NCBI GenBank assembly: GCA_038496445.1
Contig: JALMLS010000343.1
Location: forward strand, 1 to 64,000
Direction: 5' to 3'
DNA from: Trichosphaerium sp. ATCC 40318
Taxonomy: Eukaryota > Protista > Tubulinea
Length of the DNA: 64,000 nt
The position numbers and the translations under genes were made by a program. Positions 49,101 through 62,986 of the stretch are shown piece by piece (within the stretch, counting starts at the first letter, position 1; each line of letters starts with the position of its first letter). Under the pieces are notes generated by a model. That model was not told the DNA's origin and did not search any database. It was given only the letters and a program-made list of their open reading frames with translations.

Positions 49101-50939
49101 TACAAAGAAGGCTTTTTCTTCTGAGCTTGTGCGTCATCAAACTGCCACCACTCTCCTGTACCACTATCAAAAATGATTAGATACACTAAAAAGATATAAA
49201 AGTACGTACAGTTCTTCCCTCACTTGAGCTTTGTAGTGACCTAGGGTTTTGAGATTAGACTCATCTCAAACAAATAAGTTTTTTCTTTTATCATCTTACC
49301 GCCATACGCATTAGTGCCAATATGCTGTAAAATTGCGACTAGTTCATATATACATTCTTCTTCGTCGTTTTCTACATCATCTTCCATGAATGGGGTCATA
49401 TTAAGTGTCAATGGAAAGTAAAGGACTTTTCTTAGTTTCTTTTTCATATTTTTCTCCATATCGTATTGAAATCGAAGGATTTGTACGTTCAGTACCTACT
49501 TGCATAATTAATACTCAATACCATAGTACCCCAAAAGTATTATAACTCATACTTCTGGTAACTTTGTTATTCTCCTTCGTCTCTTTGCATCAAAGTACCC
49601 ACCACAATGACCACATTTGTACTTGTTATCTCCAACCAAGTCTTCCTCTCCAAAGGTTTGGCCAATACACTCTTCTAAGTTTGTTGCTTGTAACCGGACA
49701 TCAATCTCAGAAAAATCTTCAGCTCGTAAAGACGAGGTATTACAATTTGAACAGACTGTTTCATACTGTGATGTGCCCTATAATTTCGTTGTAAGATTTC
49801 TAGACATACAACTTCAAGTCGTTGAAAGTGCTAACACTGGTAATCGTTTTTTCTTAGTATTTAATCACGTGTTTGATCTTGCACAGAGGCCTTTGGACTT
49901 ACCTGGAATTGATCCTTAATGAGCGTTCTTACAGAATCTTTTGATGATTTCTTTAAAGCCTTCTCAAGGTACTGCATTAACACTTTGTAAAATCTACCAT
50001 TGGTCGATGTTAGACTATGTCGACAGGGCATAAAAAAAAGAAAATCATTTGGTCTCATTTATCACGCACTCTTGAGCATCCTGCTGAGCTCCTGTTTGTA
50101 GTTCTAGTTTGTCAGCGAATGCTTTGGGATCATAATAACTCTTATTATACCCTTGGAGATGCCCAAATAACACTTGTAGCTCACGAACTATTTTATCATT
50201 GTTCTACAAATCAGTATAAAAAAAACATTTACCGCGTTGTACCTCGCTGTTATCCCAATCATAAATGCCCTGGCGAAAGGCAGTATTCGCATACATACTC
50301 TAAAAAGGTGTTAGGGCGATGACACATACTTTTTTTCAGAAACTGTTATCACACCTGTAACAAAGCATTCATGTAGCAAGTTGCACCAAGATTCTGCAAG
50401 AACGTTAAGAACAGTGATAAGGATGAGCAGGTAATGATCCGCACCTTCAAGCCAATGCAACCATTCCCATCCCGCAAGCTTTCGTTTGGATTGGTAGCAG
50501 GGACAGACTTTGCCAATGCCGTGCCTGGCTTTCCATCACCATAACCAACGAACCAGTTAGGATTGTATTTGTATGATCTTCTCTTGCCTAAATAACGGTA
50601 AAAGTCTGCCTAAGAGCTAATTTATGACTACACTATAAAATGCTGAAACAGTTACACGAAAGAAGTGTAAAATACGAGTTTTTAGAGCAAAATAAACGAT
50701 TTTAGTTCGTAGAAAATCTGTTGAGCTGCTTTTTCGCCACAGTACGTTATAGAAAGTGTATTAACGATTTTGCGAGTCTTTAACACGAAAAAGCGCAATA
50801 TTGTACCTCCAGGCACCGCTGGTTCATCAAATATATGATAGAGCTCTCCAATATGCTCGTCGGTTACTTGATCGACCCCTGTAACAACGGCAAGTTCCTT
50901 GCCCTTCATAGGTATCTCAGTAAACGAACGTCGCTTCAT
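46107..50939 (-). CDS. USP48/UBP26-like deubiquitinase (USP, DUSP-like regions, C-terminal UBL), multi-exon
   Basis: NPNWFVG; GLKNLGATCYMNALLQ; QQDAQE; YELVAILQHIGTNAYGGHY; WWQFDD; SGNAYMLSY; CEHHKLNP; CEHGSLKY; UBL TLYILKMRLME..PPNQQML. Confidence 0.88.
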
Positions 50940-51117
50940 AGCGCCTTCTTTGGTCGCGTGATTGTTGTGTGGAGACGTGTACAATACTTTTTACAAAAAA
51001 TAATCTAAGTCAGGAACATACAAGCCAACTGACATGTGGTGTTACAGTATACATGTCTTTACTAACTCATAGTTTTATACAGTGTATATTATCAATGGCG
51101 CGAAATTTTGGAGGCAT

Positions 51118-51871
51118 TCAAAACTCCAACAAGCTAAAGAATTTTGTGTCACCAAGCTTTTTTCTTCCTCCAAGCGCAGGTAGCTCAACACAACAATGAA
51201 GCTCTACTACATCAGCTCCTGTATACCAGTAAGCAATTTTTTGAAAGAAAAAGTTTTTCTCGTACCAACTTTCTTCATTAGCTCCAAAGCTGCCGCAGCG
51301 GTTCCTCCAGTAGCCTGACATGGTAAGCAATAATTTATAAGATTGAATAACGTACCAGCAAGTCATCGATTATTACAACCTTAGTACCCTTTGATATGGC
51401 TTCGTCTTGTACACAAATAGTATCTTTACTGTATTCCGTTCCATAAGACACACTGTGCAATTTGCCAGGCAATTTTTTAGGCTATAAATAAGCACATGCA
51501 TACCACCAACAATTTACGCACCTTACGGAGTGGTACAAACGGAACAGAAAGAGCAAAAGCAAGAGGGATCCCAAAATAGTACCCGCGACTCTCTAGACCA
51601 ACAACAACTTCTGCTTTACCTTTATAAAAGTCATTTCACACAGCGCAAAAGTAAATTTACCTTTGTAACGTTTGATGAGAATATCAAGCATTTCTTGCCT
51701 CACTTCTGGCGACCTCTAGCGTCGGTTAATACATAAAGGAACACGCAAACACAAAAAGCGCACCATCAACGGATGAATATCGTGAAAGGTTACGCCAGCC
51801 TTTGGGAAGTCATTGTAAGATTTAAAAGTAGCGCGAATACGATCTATAGCCTTTTGGTTATCGTCAGACAT
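51118..51871 (-). CDS. APRT: Adenine phosphoribosyltransferase, multi-exon
   Basis: DFPKAGVTFHDI; VVGLESRGYYFG..FVPLRK; YGTEY; VVIIDDLLATGGT. Confidence 0.93.
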
Positions 51872-52029
51872 GTTTACTGGGTGTATTGATGACTATTTTG
51901 AATTTTATTAAGTACAGGTTTTTCAAGGCATTTTCTTTTAGCATTGGTAGAATATATGGCGAATATTTGGCGTGGAGCAGCGTATAAAAGGGTTTGTTTG
52001 ATTTAACTTCAAAAAGCCACAAAACCTGT

Positions 52030-52395
52030 CTATAATGACGCATCTCCCGGGCGAATGTGGTAGCCGTCTTCATATTTGTCTTGAATTGGGTGGTAGCCAT
52101 ATTTTTCTATCTCTCTAGTATTTTCAAGTCTACCAACCAGTCTACCGTACGACATTTTAGTGCCAACGCAAAGGGCGAATATTGTTAAAAAGCCAAAATC
52201 GCGAGTGAAAGCAAATATGTGTCGTGGCCAAGAGCGAAGCCAGTGAAATCCGTATATAGTGAGTGTACTAGCGCCGTACATGCCCCATTCTTCCCAGTGC
52301 ATGTTACGCAAACAAAACATAGTGCTAGGTTCTGGGTGTACGGTCGGAAATCTTTGTCGAGCGTACGGTTTTACATATGTATTGTTACCGGCCAT
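52030..52395 (-). CDS. Mitochondrial complex I accessory subunit, NUXM/20.9-kDa N-terminal-like
   Basis: FPTVHPEP..two TM-like segments..SYGRLVGRLENTREI matches the family pattern YP.ID.DP..S.GRL.G..EN..E. Confidence 0.7.
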   Translation of the reverse strand: MAGNNTYVKPYARQRFPTVHPEPSTMFCLRNMHWEEWGMYGASTLTIYGFHWLRSWPRHIFAFTRDFGFLTIFALCVGTKMSYGRLVGRLENTREIEKYGYHPIQDKYEDGYHIRPGDASL

Positions 52396-52502
52396 TGTGT
52401 GCAAGTGAGTACAGCAATTTGGTGGCTTGTTTAAGGCAACACAAGCTGTGCGCATAAGTCCTAACAAGTTCATATTTTCCCGCTCACCTACCCTAACCTA
52501 AC

Positions 52503-53285
52503 ATGGCCAACGACTTACGGTTCCAAGAGATAGCTAGTTTACTCAGTGATGTAGGGGTTTTCTTGCGCAATGGTGAAGAGGAAGACCGCATTAACGATAT
52601 AAACAGGATGAAGCAATGTATTAAACGCGAGTACGCTGATAGACAGCGAAGAATGGAGCAGCTAGTAACTGGTACATACAAATGACCGTTAAAACGCATA
52701 ACCACTAATACGCGTTGTAGAGCGCAAAATAAGATTAGAGAAGGCCAAAGCAGAGGCTAATAGCTACCGTGATCCTGGTGATTATGAAGAAGAACACAAA
52801 CAACTTAAAACCGAAGAAAGACGCTACGAAAACAGCCTCAGCGCTTTAGAAAAGCAAAAACGGTACATTGCGTCACTTTTGTAACGAATATTTATGCTGG
52901 ATTAGTGATCTTCAAATACAAATTTCTCACCTACAAACTGAATCTGGCGAGCTACAAAAAAAGCAGCACCACCTAGACACATTTAACGCACAAGACCTTC
53001 CGCGTAAACGCTCTGAAATGCAATTGTACCACAACATATCCGGTATTAAATGGGACCACAGTGCTAAACACCCAACAGGCGGTACGCGTTATTGTAGATT
53101 CGAAAACTCTTGCTGTAAAACAAAACGCCTCATTGCTTACTTGTATCGTAGTTGTAATGTTGAAAGACGACATACGCTCGTTTACCTTTGATAATGATGA
53201 AACAGAGGTTGCAAACATAAATAATTTGTGGGACATACTTGCCCAGGACATGCCAAAACTCCCTTTTCTTCGTTCTATTATGTAA
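52503..53285 (+). CDS. SPC24: Kinetochore Ndc80-complex subunit Spc24, multi-exon
   Basis: Coiled coil followed by LYHNISGIKWD..IRSFTFD....ANINNLWD. Confidence 0.75.
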
Positions 53286-53539
53286 TGCATGCGTGCCTTG
53301 TATCATAGTGAAAGTTGTACAATAAACCTTATATTCATAAAAATGCGTACATGTTAGTATTCCAAGTAGCCCAAGATAACTAGATCTTGGACCGACGAAA
53401 AACCTTTCTGAAAATATTCTGGATTTTGGTAGGATTAAAGGGCTTTTAAAATCTTCGTTGGGCGAATTCAAGTTCTCTCAGAGACTTTGCTTAACTTCCG
53501 TCGCTTATACAAGTGTAAATTCGTAACAGCCATAGAAGC

Positions 53540-54141
53540 ATGACTAAAAACAATAAAGTAACCATCAATAATCGAACATTGCGGAACAACAAACTGAAGC
53601 AAGTAGATGCCGCTTCCATTAAACAAATAACCGACCTGATCTTTCTTGGAGCCGAATTGGAGGTCACTTTGTTGAACAAGCTAACAAAAAACATCTGTGT
53701 GCTTGATCACGGACCTGCTCTTGCGCTTACGTTAAAGAATGTCAGGATGCAGTTTCCAAGTATTACATCTAAAGCTAGACAAATTTTATTATTGAAGATT
53801 TGTGAGATCGTAACATCTTCCTGTACAATAATGTATGCGTACTTATAACCTATAGTATACCATAATAAGTGTCTCAAGCACAAGGAAAGAAGGCAAAGTA
53901 CTTGAACAATTTTGCATTTCTTCAGAAGTTATAGAGCTGGTGCCGGTATTGAGAGATCAACTTGAGGTTGACGAAACAAATAAGATAACAAATCCGTAAT
54001 CCTGGGGCTTGGCCACAACGCATCTACTACGGTAAACTCTTCTGGTTTAGGATTCAATTGCATAACAACACAGGAAGTAACTGAAAACCACATAGCTCGG
54101 AAGAATGTGCGCTACTGTAGAACAGATAGAGTTCTAGAATA
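53540..54141 (+). CDS. Hypothetical protein
   Basis: 102-codon ORF with a probable 3' exon; no motif recognised. Confidence 0.3.
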
Positions 54142-54264
54142 AGAAAAAAAGACTGAATTTTAAGTGAAATTAGCAGTATTTATTTGTCGGAATGTTTCAT
54201 GGAGCCTTAAAGGCCGAAGGGATTTTGGAAGTATGCGACATATCTAGTAATACGCTCGTTTAGT

Positions 54265-55596
54265 TTACACTTCTTCCATTTGTGTAATTTCTCCACTACC
54301 AGAATTTGTTGCTGAAGTTGCTCTCTTTTTATATTTTCTACCTTTCCTGATTGTAAAACTTCTGACTATTACTATCCCAAGTAGTGTCAATAATATATAC
54401 ATAAAAAACCATGATAGAGCCCACCCTGAAGTAAACAAGAGAGTGATGTTGAAAAGCATAACACCGGACAATGCTATTATCAATATAATTAGAGCAATAG
54501 TTTGGATAGCACGTTTTTTGATGCTGTTTGCAATTTTCTTTGCTTTTAGTTTTTTTGCCGCTAGTAAGAGTTGTGTAGTGACGCTTATACAGTGTACTAA
54601 CAACATAAAAACAACAAGAAAGTATACCCAATTCTTGATTCTTGAAAACAAGAAAAACTGGCTCGGGATGAATATTGATAAAATATCGAGACTGAATTCC
54701 AAAAACCCAACTACACAACAAAAAATGTTAGATAGTTTTGTAGTGTGTAAGCATATGTTAGACGTACGTAAACCACAGAATATAAAAAATGGAATCTTTA
54801 GTTTACTGAGGAATAGGTGTATCTCTAGAGTAGTAACCAACAGTGCTTCATTCCAGTACAACATGATAAGCACATTTGTAATTGCAGATAGTCCAAAGTT
54901 GATCGATAAGAGCACTCTAGCAACAGAATACAACATCGCCATTGGGTACATTGTAACAAACAATAGAGGGGGTAAACGAAACAAGCAAGCAACAATCTCT
55001 AGGCCAATAGAAACGGTCATAATTTGAAGCTTAAATTGACCAGCCGCGTATACTTTATACATGACATAGAGAAAGTACACCAAGGTAGCCAACTGAATAA
55101 CAAGGTGAATGAAAAAGATGACATAAGGCCATGCAGATTTATAGAATGATCTGTAGTTGTTCTCCTCCGTTAGTATCGATACTGTTACGTTAGAAACCCC
55201 GCTTTCGTAAATGGAAATAATCCAAGAATCTTCGCTAAGAACAGCAAGTATTGCCTTATTTGGATCATCGTCTTCTCGAATAAGCGACGCAAAAGAAACG
55301 AATATTGTCGGTGAGGCCTCAATTATACCCAAAGCGCCCTGTGATAGCCATTTGTTGTATTCCGAGCGCTTTCTCTCACGTACAATTACTATTGAGCCAT
55401 TTTTTTGTTCTGCAGTCGCTGTATCGAGTACCGCTGTTACATTTGTTGCGTTTATTATCTTATAATCTAAGGAACTTCCAGAAAGCAGCGCAATTGCAGA
55501 GTACTCGCCATTAACGCCCTCTGGTGAAGTGACAAGTAATTGAGATTGCGTTACACCCAAAAAGATAACCAGAGTGGCCAAAGAAGACAAGTACAT
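54265..55596 (-). CDS. Signal peptide + PA-like ectodomain + 7TM (GPCR-like) membrane protein
   Basis: N-terminal signal; GSIVIVR..GALGII (PA-like); about 7 hydrophobic helices; one probable short in-frame intron at ~54720-54770. Confidence 0.65.
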   Translation of the reverse strand: MYLSSLATLVIFLGVTQSQLLVTSPEGVNGEYSAIALLSGSSLDYKIINATNVTAVLDTATAEQKNGSIVIVRERKRSEYNKWLSQGALGIIEASPTIFVSFASLIREDDDPNKAILAVLSEDSWIISIYESGVSNVTVSILTEENNYRSFYKSAWPYVIFFIHLVIQLATLVYFLYVMYKVYAAGQFKLQIMTVSIGLEIVACLFRLPPLLFVTMYPMAMLYSVARVLLSINFGLSAITNVLIMLYWNEALLVTTLEIHLFLSKLKIPFFIFCGLRTSNICLHTTKLSNIFCCVVGFLEFSLDILSIFIPSQFFLFSRIKNWVYFLVVFMLLVHCISVTTQLLLAAKKLKAKKIANSIKKRAIQTIALIILIIALSGVMLFNITLLFTSGWALSWFFMYILLTLLGIVIVRSFTIRKGRKYKKRATSATNSGSGEITQMEEV

Positions 55597-55952
55597 GCTG
55601 TTTTAGTCCGTATTAAAAAGTTACGGAATTGCAATGAAATCTTCAATATTTGTACTGTCAGTCAAATGTAAGCAACCTTCTGATCATGTAATGTATTGGA
55701 TCTGACCTATAACGCTGTTGTACTCTACCATTTTTCAAAAGTGCTCGGTAACATTCACGTGCATTTACACAATTAGTGTCGTGCGCAATGCTAGTTTGCC
55801 TGCACTAAGTAGTGTTGATGGCTTATGAGCAATAGATTCTCTGCTAGAGGATACATGATAGCTTGTAGGTGTATTTCAGAATGGATTAAAAGGTCCATTA
55901 CAAGACAGAGGCAAACGATATAAAAAAAGAAGTGGGTGAGAGAATTTGTTCT

Positions 55953-56703
55953 TTATTCTCTGTCGTATGGACTCCATAACCATTTACGTTTTAGTACATA
56001 CGCATTTGATATGATTACAATAAGGCACGTCAGTATTAATAATTTTAGCATCAAGACATCGAAGCTGAGTGATATTCCAATCGCCATGAAGATTGTACAT
56101 GTTGCAGCACAAATTCCATGTAAAATTAAAGTAAGCATATACCAGAATTTAAAGCGTTCATAATACTTAAAGTATGTGAAAACTACGTTGAAAATAATGA
56201 ACATAAGCTGTTCAGAACCGAATATAAAGTAGAACACGTTCCAGTTTAAGACCTCTAAAATCACATTTAGCTTTTTGGTATGTCACAACAATTTCTTTGG
56301 GCCGTACTGTTGTTCTTTAACTTTGTAGCAGTCAGGAGGTAAGCCGACAAAAATGCCCACAGCATAACAAGTACAGGAAGAACTGAAGGGTGTATAATAT
56401 GATAACCCAGTTTCAGTGTCTCTTTACAAGACTCTATTAGTTGGGCTCGTTTTTCTGCATTTCTTTTCTTCTTTTGGTCAGGTACGCTCAATTTGTGCCA
56501 TTTGAGCCATAGAGTTTTGTCCTCCGCTAATCTGGCCCAGTTTTTGCTGACAAGACGTATATTTTGTACATCACTTGCATAAACGTGTGAAAACGCAAAT
56601 ACTAGCAGTTCGTCAGGTAGGTAGTTTACAAACGCTTCAGATGTATTAACAATAATGAAAGAGTCACTGTTAGTGGAGAGGAGGTGTAATCTTTCGCTTG
56701 TCA
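55953..56703 (-). CDS. F-box protein with C-terminal transmembrane segments
   Basis: LPDELLVFAFSHV...DVQNIRLVSKNWARLAEDKTLW; hydrophobic downstream ORF 55953-56264. Confidence 0.7.
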
Positions 56704-57089
56704 TTTGTAAAATACGTTTCACACCCTTGAATTTCTTGGACTTGCCCGCCAAGTTCACTCAAAGGTTGGGTATTTAACTGAACGCCTATAATTTTAGGAA
56801 TTGTCGTGAATAGCGAGTGCTGCATCCTTCCAACTTGCAAAGGAGTCTCTGAATAATCAGACAAAAAGGAAAGACTTCATTAAGAACTGTTGCATTATTG
56901 CAATAAGATTAATAAAAGTTGCTCAATTTTCAAACGAGCACTGAAGAAATAGCAACGATATGAAAGAATAAAAAGTCACGCTATATTTACAAGGCCGATA
57001 AAACTAAACAACGACATACATACGTGTCTCCTTATCCCTAAAGCCGTATTTTTTCTTTTTTCTTTTTATAGTCACGAATGCGCTATGAG

Positions 57090-60000
57090 TCATGTTTTGA
57101 AAGGTGACCCTTTTTTTCTCCATCCGCTCTCGTTCTTGTGTGGCTACGTCTTCTCATTTTGTTCTTTGATTTTGATTCTTTTCTTCTTTTCTTTTTTCTA
57201 GTTTGGCTTGTTCCAGAGCGTCCTGACCCTGAACTACGGCACTCATCAACTAAATACCAATTAAAACAACGTTAAAAACTGATTGTATCATCATACCAGG
57301 CGGACAACGCAGCCCAGAGAACCTAGGAGCGCGAACGTTATCAATGGCAGCCAAATGATCCAATATCTTCAACAGCCGCTCAATTACAGGTCTACATTCG
57401 TGCGTAGCTCCAATAGTGTGGTAGAATTCTATCATATGGTCGATTTGAGACTCCAAGAACTCTATAAGTTCAGCAATATCTGCTACGAGTGTGCTACCAT
57501 CTTGTTTTCCTAACTTCTGGTATGGAACATCATGTGCTGTTGTCTAATGATTGTTGGTTAGCGCCATTGATAAAAAACTCCGTTTCTTTGATCTACGTAC
57601 TGATATAGCATCTATAAACAGTTTAATCAGGAGATCTTGTTTCCTCATAAATCCATGTAGCTCCATCTGGTCAGGAATATCACCAAAGCTACGAATATTT
57701 GATATTTTTTGTACAATTTTCGCAATATGTGTCAAGTTTTGCTTTACAAGCGGTTTTGGCTCTTCCTATTTTATAATAGTGAGAATGATGAGTCTACGCT
57801 TTTGCAACAGCTTACCATAATGTCAAAAGCATCAGGAGCCAAAAGAGCGGCATTTATAAATCTCAAAAAGAGAAAACCACTCACAGACGTGTATTTAACG
57901 ACTGGATTTGATGGAAACTTTCGTTTTGCTTCATGTTGCAAGTGATAGAAAATCTCGCGTAATGGTCTATCAAAAGGCTAATGTTAGTTTCACAGTCTAA
58001 AGATATTGTTAACATACGTAGGACAACTATCAGTCTTGTCATATAAGCTCGTGAGGAACTTATCAAGTATTTCAATTAATGGCCCAGAGCACCCATCTTT
58101 AAGTTCGAAAGGCTTTTTCAGTGCAGCCACTTTCAGGCATACCTCCGTAACCACATTAATCAAGTACTCCTTGGCACCTGTTTTCATGTACTGATTCAAA
58201 GCCCGAGAACCTACAGTACTCCCTCTAATACACGTTTAGAAACTACTACATACAAAAATTACGCTACCTCCACAAAGTCTCTACATCCTCAGCAAATTCT
58301 ACCTCGTGAGAAATCAGAGCTTTTAAAAAGGTTGTAGCGCTATACGAAAAGAATTGGTTAGAGTTCAACATAATTATTTGAACGAATTCCTGACATACTT
58401 ATCTTTCGCTTCATGTATACGCAAGATCATAGAAGCAATACGCTCTTGTTCGGATCGACGAGATAGTTCGTCTAGCACCTGTAAACACGGCACAATCTCC
58501 TCCATAAATAATTGCAGTAGGTCGGCATAAACGTGCAATGGGTACAAATATACTTTTTTAATTTGTAGCAGCGCTTTAACGGAACCATAATCGGCAGAAT
58601 CATCCAGTGCCCCTTTTCTGCAGAGTTTTTGTTAGATCAGTCACCGGAGATAGAAAATTAGGTATTGCCTTGAGCCACTTGGCGTTCGCGATTTAGCGTC
58701 ACCTGACATTGAGTGCGCCTTGAGCACAAACCACTGCTTTCCAGTGCGGTTTTGCTCAATATCAGATGGTTTAAGCAAAATTGCTCCGAGGAAATTCTTT
58801 CTACGCCATAGTGATATCGCCAGTGGCAACGTTAACCCATTATTGATGGCACTACAATTATTAGCAAAGTAGAAAATTAAAAAAAAATACTACAAAAAAA
58901 CGTACAAATCCCACTGAACAGCCCAATCAGAGTCTTTCTTTACAGAAGCTCTGCGTTCTTTTTCTTTACCAAATACGCATTTTATAGTCAACTCCTTATC
59001 CTCTACGTCATTATATCAATAAAGTACACAACGCAATTAAATTAAATAAATAGAATTTAAAAACGCCACGTACTTCCTGGTGGTACTGCAAGGTTTCTTG
59101 CGCCAAGAACAGTTACAAATAATCGAGAATCCTTTAATGAATAACGCCATTGTAACTGACAGCTGCCAGATACATATACATGTGGTGGTGCGTGCAAAGG
59201 CAACCATCGCTGCACAGTATTACCGGCACTACCAATCTCTGCCATTGTAATTTCTAATTGTCCCACTTGTCTATCATAAGTAGCACCTTCCCAAACTGAA
59301 AAACGCATTTGAGATTCCGTTGGGCTCAAAAAATGCAGAATATAAGTCTCAGGAAGGATAGGCAAACCCGAGGATGGTAGGGAGTGTGTTACTATGTGCT
59401 CATGATCTAAATCAACAATGCAATGTGGCCTACAGCGCCTTTTGGCATGAATCATCATATTTTTTGTTTCCATGACTTCGAAGTTGAGTCTATATATTGT
59501 GCGCTTTGTATCGCTTGCACTGCGTTTCTTTCGCATTTTTTCAGGTGGTTTGGATCTTCCTGAGCGCGCTTTAAGTTTAAGACTGCCCGGCGAACTACCA
59601 TTGCCCACCAATGTGTCTGTAACGCCATCTGAATTGCGTGAGCGGCGGAATTTAAAGGTTGTAGCAAGAAATAAAGAAAAGAACGAGATACAGAAAATCA
59701 AAAAACGGCCCATATACCTGGTAGCGCTTTCGTTGCTTCAGACAGGGCGTCAATCCAATCCTTTCTAAAACAATGTTAATCAATACTAAAAAAGCAGAAA
59801 ACTTGACAAGCTAGGATGGTAAAGGCGCTTTGGTATTTCTTAACGTAGGCTATACTGGGATCGTACCTTTCAGTATTAGATGTTGCTTGCAAAAAAACTG
59901 TTAGAACCGAACGTTCGTCGTTTTCAATGTAAAACCAGTACTACAAATGGTCAGGGCGCAAAAAATGATTTTGATAGGTAGGTACTCACACTATTTGGGC

Positions 60001-60298
60001 CATCGTCTTGCTCGACATCAACATAAACGCCGTTGAAGTTGTTGGTGAGTTGCACATACCCACTGCCACTTATAACATCAGCCTACCAATAAATTGAGTA
60101 TTTGTGCTTTACGCTGTAAATGAGCACCTCTTTGTCGCTCTTCGCGTATAGGAGCACCGCGAAAGGCCTTACGTGGTATATAATGCGCAGTGTTACCCAA
60201 TATTTTTTAGCGGTCGATAATTTCTCCTGTTTGCTCTCTCCCTCCTTTACCACGCATAAGGTGAGCCAACCCTCCTTTGAAAAATTGGAAAAGCTCAT
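57090..60298 (-). CDS. PH-C2-C2-RasGAP protein, multi-exon
   Basis: KEGWLT..KKYWVTL (PH); two C2-like segments; RG|..GSRALNQYMK; FLFLRFINAALLAP; LTHIAKIVQKISN. Confidence 0.85.
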
Positions 60299-60659
60299 AA
60301 CGATCTATCAATAACAGTAGTATGTGGTCCTGTCATGTATTGCTAAGCGGTGAGCCTTCTATGGGGTGCTATAAAAGTACAGTCAAAAAAGTTCCGGTAG
60401 CCAAAGATAGCTTTTCGTTTCTGCACAGCGCAACGCTCAGACGTCACGAAATAGAACACTTTTCGAAGCTCCGGTGAAAGCCTGCCCCAATATGGAATAG
60501 TTGTCGTCTTACTTTCGTATTCATGTGTTACGAAGCTCAGTTTCACACTTTAAACTACAACCAACACAAAAACAAATGCATGATCTTACCAAAAAGCTCT
60601 AAAGATCAATACTCAAAATAATAAAAAGGGTACTACTTAGCTACTTTTTTTACGCAAAA

Positions 60660-61673
60660 ATAGACATTCCTTCCTCTTCTTGTTGACTGTTATTGCCATG
60701 TTAGGCGGTCGCGTAGTCGCAATAGTAGAGCGATACACTACAGAAGAAGGGGAACTTATACGACGGAGGTTTAAGAAAATGTACAACAGTCTACAAAGTG
60801 GACGTTAATTAATACCCAATTAGCTTTAACGACTACAAAGAAGGCCGTTTATGTAACGTTTTTGGTAGAATACAGGCTCTAAATGTCATTGATCCTCCAG
60901 AAGTCGCTAACGGCCATGATGACGTTGTGACAGACGAGAATCCACTCATAGACGCCAGTGGCGAATCTGAAGAAAAAGTAGTTACGCCGCCAGCAAAACA
61001 GTTTGACAACTCAATATATGAATACTCAGATGATGAAGGTCTTGATTTCGAACTTATAGCTACTAATACGCTTGGTAAGCGCAAACGTGATGAAACCGCG
61101 CCAAAATCCAAAAAACAAAAGACAGGCAAGGGTGGTCAACCCAATAACGCCAAAACAGCACAACAAATTACAAAACCTACAACTAACAATGAAGCAAAGC
61201 GTCAAACTACCAAAAGTACAGCCTCTGCGCATTCAAAAGACAGTGTAGATTCTATAACAGCAAATAGTGACACGCCTAAACACGCACGGCGCCAGTCAGA
61301 ACGTTCTAAACGCCCCAACACACGCTCTCACGCAAAAACTGCTGCCAAAGATTCTCAAGAAGCGCCTAAAGCCGCACCAGATCTCGCTTGGATGATGGAA
61401 TACAATGAATGGGGTGCTAGCCAAACAGACTCTCAACCAGTTCAAAAACGTACTGGAAATGTAAATTCGCCTTGGATGGCGAATCAACGGTTTTTAGATG
61501 ATGGTGACAGCGAACTTGATTTTACTGAAATTGCCGAAGAGGCAAAATTGCAACCAGTACAAAATGTTCTTACTTCAGCACCAGGAAACAACACAAAACA
61601 ACGAGGAACAGTCCCATTTTTTTTACAGTACTCACAATCAAAAGGAAGTGATAATCCTTTGGCTCAAATGTGA
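60660..61673 (+). CDS. Hypothetical low-complexity protein with a basic NLS-like motif (5' end uncertain)
   Basis: 248-codon open frame with GKRKR..PKSKKQK. Confidence 0.5.
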
Positions 61674-61736
61674 TGAAAAGTTGGCATTTTTTGAACGAAG
61701 GAAAAAGAGAAACACGCTATTGCTTTCTTGATGATT

Positions 61737-62986
61737 TTATGTTTCAAAATTCATAGCCATTTCTCGTGTTACCATTGGTGGATAGTCCAGACCGCTTCCT
61801 TGTGTTGGTGTGGGTGTGAGCCAATGTACAATACCATTGCCAAGAAAGTGGTTAAAGTTATTTAATATGCCCTCGTCATACGGATAAAGAAAATCCTACA
61901 AAAAAAACAGACACGTAAACACTCAAATAAAACAAATTGTCACTTACTTTGCCAAAGTCTTTAACTGCCCAATGACGTTCCCAAAGCTCGACATTAGTCT
62001 TGTTGTTCATAACAATAATCATTTGTTGAATAAACATAACCCCAGCACCCATGAGAATCATTACAGCGAATATGCAATCTAAAAGAATACACATCCAGCT
62101 GGTTATTGGGGTACTTTTCCACTGAAATGAGTCAGCAACAAAACCGAAAATGTCTCAACGAAATCAAAAGAAAATCACAATTACGCACATCTTTAAGATA
62201 AAATACAGCGTTAATAAACTCGTAGCCATATATAATTAGCCCTTCTACACATAATGACGAGCAGTAAAATAAGAACTGCAAGAAATACTTGTGATTGTAA
62301 AAGCCAACGCAATTGTCAACCCATATACCTTTAAAACGGTTTAACAACAAAGTCTAATAATTGCCAAGTTGGGATAGCCCGGCTATGCACGCACAGTGAT
62401 GGTCCATGCGTAATACACACCTACACCGTGTAAGACAGTAATACACGCTTGGCATAAGCAAATAAACGTACACTTTGCAGACTGAACAATGATGGCATCT
62501 TGGAGGTTTCCAAGCCTTGTGACGTTTCGATAAGTGTATATTTTAGCGTAGTAGAGCGTACTTTGCATGTTTTGCACCATCGGGCAGCATCACGGTAGTT
62601 TGATCTGTGTAAGGATGATCTAGATTTCATTGCCTCCAATTCTTCGTCGTCAATGCCTTTTGGCACCTTGTAAAGTGAGAACGCAACGTTGATGTTTTTT
62701 GTAAATTACCCATTCTTTCGGAGGAGTGCCTGGAGGAGTGCCGCACGCCAACTTATACGTCCACGCAACTGCGGAGAACGTTATTAAAAAGGGAGTTAGA
62801 AAAGCCTAAAAACGTACCCATTAGCAACTGCACAGTCCAAACGATGGATATTAAGAGTGTGGTGGTGTTGCCTATCCAATTGCGTGATATACCAATTACC
62901 CACCAATACGTAAAAGCCGAGTACGTGAGTATGGAGTACGTGATTATAATAAATACTGAAAGCTCTTGCTTCTGTTTGGGCTGCAT
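61737..62986 (-). CDS. DHHC palmitoyltransferase, multi-exon
   Basis: RWCKTC..KPPRCHHCSVC..CVLRMDHHC|IWVDNCVGFYNHKYFLQFLFY; NKTNVE; YDEGILNN. Confidence 0.95.
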
